A stretch of DNA of 64,000 nucleotides from Micrococcales bacterium (lineage in GTDB: Bacteria > Actinomycetota > Actinomycetes > S36-B12 > UBA10799): positions 64,933 to 128,932 of the forward strand of contig JADJCR010000003.1 in NCBI GenBank assembly GCA_016703125.1. Reading direction: 5' to 3'. Each line of letters starts with the position of its first letter. Position 1 is the first letter of the stretch. This document shows positions 59,153 through 64,000 of the stretch, one piece after another. The position numbers and the translations under genes are program-made. The notes beneath the pieces were generated by a model. It did no database searches. It worked only from the letters and a program-made list of their open reading frames with translations, and was not told the DNA's origin.

Positions 59153-59527
59153 TCAGGAAACGACGCCCAAAGCGCCGGGGGAAACAGCCGCCGAGATCTC
59201 GGCGGCGGCAGCCACGGCACCTTCGCCACGTTGCCGGGGGAACTGGGCCACGGCGATGCGCACGTACACGCGCTCGCGCTCCTCCTCGGTCAGCCCGCCC
59301 CACACGCCGTAGGGCTCGCGGGCCCGGATCGCGTAGTCGGCACATTCGATGCGCACTGAGCAGTGGGAGCACACGGCCTTCGCAGCGCGGTCACGGCGCA
59401 TGCGGGCCAGCCCGCGCTCGTTCTGGGGGTGGAAGAACAACTCTGGGTCGGCCTCGCGGCAGGATCCGATCTCCTGCCAGTCCCAGGTGGCGTCGGCCGG
59501 CACTTGTGACAGAGGTTGCTGTGGCAT
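59153..59527 (-). CDS. WhiB-family Fe-S transcription factor (WhiB3/WhiD-like)
   Basis: ATG 59527 follows GGAGAAGG. WDWQ...C...FFHP...ERG...C..C.....C and GVWGG motifs. Confidence 0.85.
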   Translation of the reverse strand: MPQQPLSQVPADATWDWQEIGSCREADPELFFHPQNERGLARMRRDRAAKAVCSHCSVRIECADYAIRAREPYGVWGGLTEEERERVYVRIAVAQFPRQRGEGAVAAAAEISAAVSPGALGVVS

Positions 59528-59870
59528 GTACACCTTCTCCAATCAGCCGACGGGAAGCCGGCGACCGCCACTCACACCTACTGCGAGTGGATTCCCTCGC
59601 TCTCTAGAACAATCGGAGAGCGCTGACCACGCCTTGAACGCTACTGACAGTGAGCGGTCGCTGCATCGTACGTTCGGGTGATCTCCGTCTCCATCGTTCG
59701 TCGCCATTATGCGCAGAGTAATCACCCTCGCGTCAAGCAAGTGTCGAATTCCTCATGGCATTCGCCAACGAACACACAGCGTCACACTGTGAGGATTCAA
59801 CGGGATCTCCGGCGGCCCAGGATCCGGTGTGAAGCATCCTTACACACGGTGAAATCGACCCCGTTCTCCG

Positions 59871-59886
59871 TGTGAAGTGGCTCACG
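59871..59886. promoter_or_regulatory. CRP/FNR-type site TGTGA-N6-TCACG
   Basis: Matches 9 of 10 positions of the TGTGA-N6-TCACA consensus, in the 357-nt AT-richer whiB/DUF3039 intergenic region. Confidence 0.4.
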
Positions 59887-59899
59887 TAGACTCGTCCGT

Positions 59900-60175
59900 A
59901 TGGCTGCTTCCGATCCGCTGGAAAGCCCAGGGCTGTCCGGCGACACCCTGGTCGAGACCGAGACCCGAACCGAGGAGGGTGACCACGAGCGGTTCGCCCA
60001 TTACGTCAAGAAGGACAAGATCGTGGCCAGCGCGGTGCTCGGGGAGTCGGTCATCGCCTTGTGCGGCAAGGTCTGGGTCCCCAACCGGGACCCCTCCCGC
60101 TTCCCCGTGTGCCCCACATGCGAGGCGATCTACAAGGGGATGTCCGGCGGCGGGGACGACAGCGACAAGACGTAG
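59900..60175 (+). CDS. DUF3039 domain protein
   Basis: 91 aa; ERFAHYVKKDKI...ALCGKVWVP.RDP..FPVCP.C pattern. Confidence 0.85.
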   Translation: MAASDPLESPGLSGDTLVETETRTEEGDHERFAHYVKKDKIVASAVLGESVIALCGKVWVPNRDPSRFPVCPTCEAIYKGMSGGGDDSDKT

Positions 60176-60280
60176 GTCGTGCGGGGCATGGAATCCCGAA
60201 AGCCGGATACAGGCTCGCTGACGCCGACACGGCGCGGCAGGTGATGGCCACCGCCGCTCATCGGCGAGAAAGTGGTGGTG

Positions 60281-60910
60281 ATGACTGCTGAGACCTCGCA
60301 GACCCTGGACCGGGGACTGACCCTGCTGACGCTGCTGGCCGACCACCCCGAGGGGATGCGGGTCAGCGAGATCGCGACCGAACTTGGGATCGGCCGCACT
60401 GTCGTCTACCGGCTCGTGGTCACTCTGGAGAAGCACGCGCTGCTGCGCCGCGCCGCGGATGGCCGGTGCCACGTGGGCCTCGGGCTCATCGGGCTGGCAC
60501 GGCAGGTGCAACCGCTGCTGCGCGAGGCGGCCATCCCGCCCCTGCGCCGGCTGGCCGATGTCACCACCGCGACTGCCCACCTGACCATCACCGACGGCGC
60601 CGATGGTCTGGTGGTGGTGGCAGTGGCCGAACCTCCCCGCGCCGAGGTGTTCGTGGGACTGCGGGTGGGGTCGCGGTCGGTCCTGGAGGACAGCGCTGCG
60701 GGTCAGGCGGTCTTGCTGTCGCGGCGTGGGGACACGCGGCCGGTGGTCTCCCCCTCTCGCACACCGGGCTCGGTGGCGTCGGCTGCCGCGGCCCTGTCCG
60801 TGCCCGGGATCGACGCGGTCGTCGGGGTGTACATGCTGACCGCCCCTGACGAGAAGGTGCTCAGCGAGTTGATCGCTGCCCGCGACGCGATCGCCTCGCG
60901 CCTGCGGTGA
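60281..60910 (+). CDS. IclR-like transcriptional regulator
   Basis: N-terminal IclR wHTH (LDRGLTLLTLLADHPEGMRVSEIATELGIGRTVVYRLV). Alternative GTG start at 60272. Confidence 0.7.
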   Translation: MTAETSQTLDRGLTLLTLLADHPEGMRVSEIATELGIGRTVVYRLVVTLEKHALLRRAADGRCHVGLGLIGLARQVQPLLREAAIPPLRRLADVTTATAHLTITDGADGLVVVAVAEPPRAEVFVGLRVGSRSVLEDSAAGQAVLLSRRGDTRPVVSPSRTPGSVASAAAALSVPGIDAVVGVYMLTAPDEKVLSELIAARDAIASRLR

Positions 60911-60919
60911 CTCACGGGC

Positions 60920-62365
60920 TCAGTTCCCCGGGGGCTGGCCGGTCTTCTGCGTCGGGCCCCAGCACCCGTTGACCGTGGCCACGAGCCCGTCGACGGCCTG
61001 TCGCGTGGAGAGCGGGCTGTACTGCTGCGGGCGGTCGTTGACCAGTGCGGAGAACACCTTCAACTCCCCATCCGCGCCGCGGGTGTAGCCGGACAGACCG
61101 ATGGTGTCGAACAGCGTGCCGGTCTTGGCGAACACCTGGCCGGCGGCGCACTTGCTCGGGCTCGTGGTGAACCGGGCCGTACTCGCGGACAGCGTCCCCG
61201 TGCGCCCGCCGACGGGCAGTGCCTCGAGGAACGACGCGAACTGCGGGTACGTGTCGGTGTCCAGTGCGACGCGCAACAGTTCGGTGAGGAAGCGCGGCGT
61301 CAAGCGGTCGTCGCGAGAGACACCGCTGCCGTCCAGGAGTCTGAGCCCGTTGGTGTCCAGCCCGAGTTCCCGCAGGCTGTCGCGGGCTGCGAGCCGGGCG
61401 CCCTTGAAGGTGCCCTTGCGGCCGCGCTCGACCGCGACCTGCCGGAAGAGCATCTCCGCGATGTTGTTCTCGCTCACCTGCATCATCTGGCGGACCTGGG
61501 CGGCCACCGTCTGACCGCTGACCTGCGCGGCCACGGTGGCCCCCGCCGGGGCATCCCGGTGGCCCGCGGTGCTCGCTTTGATGCCCTTCGAACGCAAAGC
61601 CGCGGTGAACACCGAGCCCGCCTCCTGGGCGCTGTCCCACTGGTAGACGCCGATGCGCCCCAGCGGGCGGACAGGGCGGACCACGGACGGCTGGTACGAA
61701 CCGGTCCAGCCCGGGCCGCGCTTGGGTTTGCCGTAGAGGGAGTCATCCACGTAGACCTTCACCGCCGGGCGCACCTTGTCCGGTGTGATCAAGGGGCAGG
61801 GGTTCTTGCGCGTCGACTTGCGGGACTTGCCGTTGACGGTGCACGAGCTCGGCCGGTATTCCGGTGGCTGCGCGAGCGCGGGGAGCAGGTCGTTGGTTCG
61901 CAGGTACCTGGCGGTGCGCTTGGCCAGGCGGGTCAGCCCGGTGACGCCGAGGGTGGTGTCCCCGCCCCCGCGCAGGATGACGGTTCCCGGTTCGAGGACC
62001 AGAGTGTCGGTGGTCATCCGCGTGTCAGGGCCGAGGACCCGCAGGGCGTTCAGCGCCGTCACGATCTTCATGTTGGACGCCGGTCGCAGGGGGGTAGTGG
62101 CCATCCGCGAGTAGATGGCGTCCCCGGTGCTGGCGTCGACCACGTCGAACCCGAACGTCGAGCCGATGCGAGGGTTGCTGATGCGTAGCGGGACGAGGAA
62201 GGCGATGGCGGCATTGGCCTGCGCACTGGAGACTCGGGCGCTCAGTTTCGCAGAGGCGGCGGCGGCATCGGCGCGCTCGGCCAGGGAGGGTGGGTCGGCG
62301 ACCGCCGGACCGGCGGAGAAGACCAGGGCCGTGGTGCACACGGCGATGACGGATCGCATGGACAC
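60920..62365 (-). CDS. dacB: D-alanyl-D-alanine carboxypeptidase/endopeptidase (PBP4, S13 family)
   Basis: 481 aa; signal peptide; SxxK (ASNMK) and KTG (FAKTGTL) motifs. Confidence 0.9.
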   Translation of the reverse strand: MSMRSVIAVCTTALVFSAGPAVADPPSLAERADAAAASAKLSARVSSAQANAAIAFLVPLRISNPRIGSTFGFDVVDASTGDAIYSRMATTPLRPASNMKIVTALNALRVLGPDTRMTTDTLVLEPGTVILRGGGDTTLGVTGLTRLAKRTARYLRTNDLLPALAQPPEYRPSSCTVNGKSRKSTRKNPCPLITPDKVRPAVKVYVDDSLYGKPKRGPGWTGSYQPSVVRPVRPLGRIGVYQWDSAQEAGSVFTAALRSKGIKASTAGHRDAPAGATVAAQVSGQTVAAQVRQMMQVSENNIAEMLFRQVAVERGRKGTFKGARLAARDSLRELGLDTNGLRLLDGSGVSRDDRLTPRFLTELLRVALDTDTYPQFASFLEALPVGGRTGTLSASTARFTTSPSKCAAGQVFAKTGTLFDTIGLSGYTRGADGELKVFSALVNDRPQQYSPLSTRQAVDGLVATVNGCWGPTQKTGQPPGN

Positions 62366-62558
62366 TCACGGTAGCCCGCGCCCGGCGGTGGTGGGTGGCC
62401 ATGGGGGCCGTACGGGGCGATGCATCCCTACCAACCGACCGGAAACCGGACGAGGGAGCCTCCCAGAGCCGTCCGGTTTACACTGACAGAGACGCAGTTC
62501 AGGAATTGTCTCTGCGTGTCGAAGTACTCTGTGTAGGCACACGATGCTGGGAGGCTGG

Positions 62559-64000
62559 ATGAAGCGCCGAGGCGTGGCTGTCGCCGCCGCGTTCGCGGCC
62601 GGCTGCCTGACCGCCACCGCAGTCGCACCCCTGCATGCCGCTCCAGAGCCGCGGCGCTACCTGTCTGGGTGGTTGCCCTACTGGTCCACCCAGACCTCCA
62701 CCGCCAGTTTCCTGACCAACTCCGACCTGTTCAGCGACATCTCCCCGTTCTGGCACGACGCGCGCTGGGACGGCTCGAAGGTGTACATCCACAACCACCT
62801 GTCGCCCACCGCGCAGGCCGCCGCCCTGGCGAAACTGCAGGGACAGGGAGTCAAGGTCCTGCCGTCCATTACCGACGGGTCGGGCAAGGGCCGCATGGCC
62901 GACACGCTGTCCTCGGACACCAAGCGGGCCGCCCACGTCAAGGACATCGTCAGCCTCGTGCTGAGCAATGGCTACGACGGCATCGACCTGGACTACGAGG
63001 CGTTCGCCTTCTCCGACGGCAGTTCCTCATGGGCGGCCACCCGGCCGAACTGGGTGAAGTTCATCGCCGAGCTGTCCGATGCGCTGCACGCCGAGGGCAA
63101 GCTGCTCGCGGTCACGGTGCCGCCGATGTATGACGCCGACTACGACTCCTCCAGCGGCTACTGGGTCTACGACTACAAGGCCATGGGCGAGCACGCGGAC
63201 CTGCTGCGGATCATGGCCTACGACTACTCGGTGGGTAGCCCTGGCCCGATCGCGCCCCTGAGCTGGGTGCAGAAGGTGGCCGCGTTCGCGCCGACCCAGT
63301 TGCCGGGCAGCAAGGTGCAACTGGGGATCCCCGTGTACGGCCGCAACTGGTTCACCGGCAAGACCGGCAAGTGCCCGGTGGGCCAGGAGATCAAGGACTC
63401 GAACTACTCGATGACCGCGGCCAATGCGCTCAGCCTGCTCGCCGAGGACGGTGTGGCTCCCAGTCAGATCGGCCGTGACGCAGCCTCCGGCGAACTCACC
63501 GTGTCCTACTCGATCGTGTACAAAGGGCTGACCGCCAAGGGCGACAAGACCGAGTGCACGGTCTCCCGCAAGGCGTTCTTCGCCGACGCCAAGTCGGTGG
63601 CCGACCGCGTACGGGTGGCCCGGTCAGCCGGGCTGGCCGGCGCAGCGCTGTGGACCATCGGCGGGGAGCCCTCCGACCAGTGGCCCGCCGTGCGCGAGGT
63701 CGTTGGCGTGCAGAAGGACAAGCCGGGGGCCCGTAAGGGGGCCGCGGTCAAGATCGGCGCACCGCGCTTCGTGACCCGGGGGCAGAAGGGGTCGATCACC
63801 GCCAAGGTCACCGTGGACGGATCGCCGAGTTCAGGCGGCAAAGCGGCACTGCAGGCCAACCCCACCGGCAAGGGTGGCTGGCGCACGGTGGCGCGCAAGC
63901 AGGTGCCGAAGTCCGGCCAGGTCGTCTTCAGCCATTCCCCCAAGCGCTCCTCGGCGTTCCGCGTGAAGGTCTCCGCGACCGGGACCCGCAAAGCCGCCCG
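62559..64000 (+). CDS. secreted GH18 glycoside hydrolase (chitinase-like), 3'-partial
   Basis: Open frame from ATG 62559 (GGGAGG RBS) to the window end with no stop, so it is absent from the ORF track. Signal peptide; catalytic DGIDLDYE; MAYDY motif. Confidence 0.8.
   Translation, partial: MKRRGVAVAAAFAAGCLTATAVAPLHAAPEPRRYLSGWLPYWSTQTSTASFLTNSDLFSDISPFWHDARWDGSKVYIHNHLSPTAQAAALAKLQGQGVKVLPSITDGSGKGRMADTLSSDTKRAAHVKDIVSLVLSNGYDGIDLDYEAFAFSDGSSSWAATRPNWVKFIAELSDALHAEGKLLAVTVPPMYDADYDSSSGYWVYDYKAMGEHADLLRIMAYDYSVGSPGPIAPLSWVQKVAAFAPTQLPGSKVQLGIPVYGRNWFTGKTGKCPVGQEIKDSNYSMTAANALSLLAEDGVAPSQIGRDAASGELTVSYSIVYKGLTAKGDKTECTVSRKAFFADAKSVADRVRVARSAGLAGAALWTIGGEPSDQWPAVREVVGVQKDKPGARKGAAVKIGAPRFVTRGQKGSITAKVTVDGSPSSGGKAALQANPTGKGGWRTVARKQVPKSGQVVFSHSPKRSSAFRVKVSATGTRKAA

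Noticed and set aside
59782-59792. Perfect palindrome TCACA-C-TGTGA in the whiB leader, considered as a CRP site.
   Set aside because: The half-sites are in inverted order with 1-nt spacing, which is incompatible with the TGTGA-N6-TCACA geometry.
62470-62525. Apparent repeat GACAGAGACGCAG ... GTCTCTGCGTGTC upstream of the GH18 gene, considered as a hairpin or operator.
   Set aside because: The second copy is the complement, not the reverse complement, of the first. It is a mirror arrangement, so no stem can form.

Overview
High-GC (Actinomycetota-type) chromosomal segment, densely coding and mostly housekeeping or metabolic. Left to right: smpB, then four inserted genes, then tmRNA (ssrA, tag ADTNRADFALAA); a membrane GGDEF-EAL protein; a carboxyltransferase; osmC/tetR/GT1; a ptcA-permease-aguA-tetR agmatine deiminase operon; a large PAS-GGDEF sensor; three secreted CHAP/NlpC-P60-like paralogues; SulP; a three-gene envelope-glycosylation operon (small membrane protein, GT2-GtrA, GT39); a CoiA-like nuclease and an M15/LAS peptidase; a ~6 kb composite arsenic island (arsI, arsR-LMW-PTP fusion, arsC, MIP channel, arsR, ArsP-like permease, two Trx-like genes, acr3, arsD relic); pckG; a Cys-type sulfatase; a LacI-controlled sugar ABC operon with a DUF4032 kinase-fold gene and a GH13 glucosidase; arcB-arcA plus a YfcC-type transporter; a WhiB3-like gene; DUF3039; IclR; dacB; and a GH18 gene that runs off the window and is absent from the ORF track. 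I found no CRISPR array, integrase, transposase, prophage or recognisable defence system. The most unusual signals are: (1) the glycosylation operon carries at least a dozen frame changes in ~3.4 kb while both flanking genes are intact; (2) a 15-nt copy of the tmRNA 3' end lies 106 nt downstream, next to a GGDEF gene fragment, which looks like an att scar; (3) about eight isolated frameshifts in otherwise conserved genes, including one inside the CVC metal-sensing motif of an ArsR; (4) relics inside the ars island. Whether the frameshifts are biological or assembly errors cannot be decided from sequence alone.
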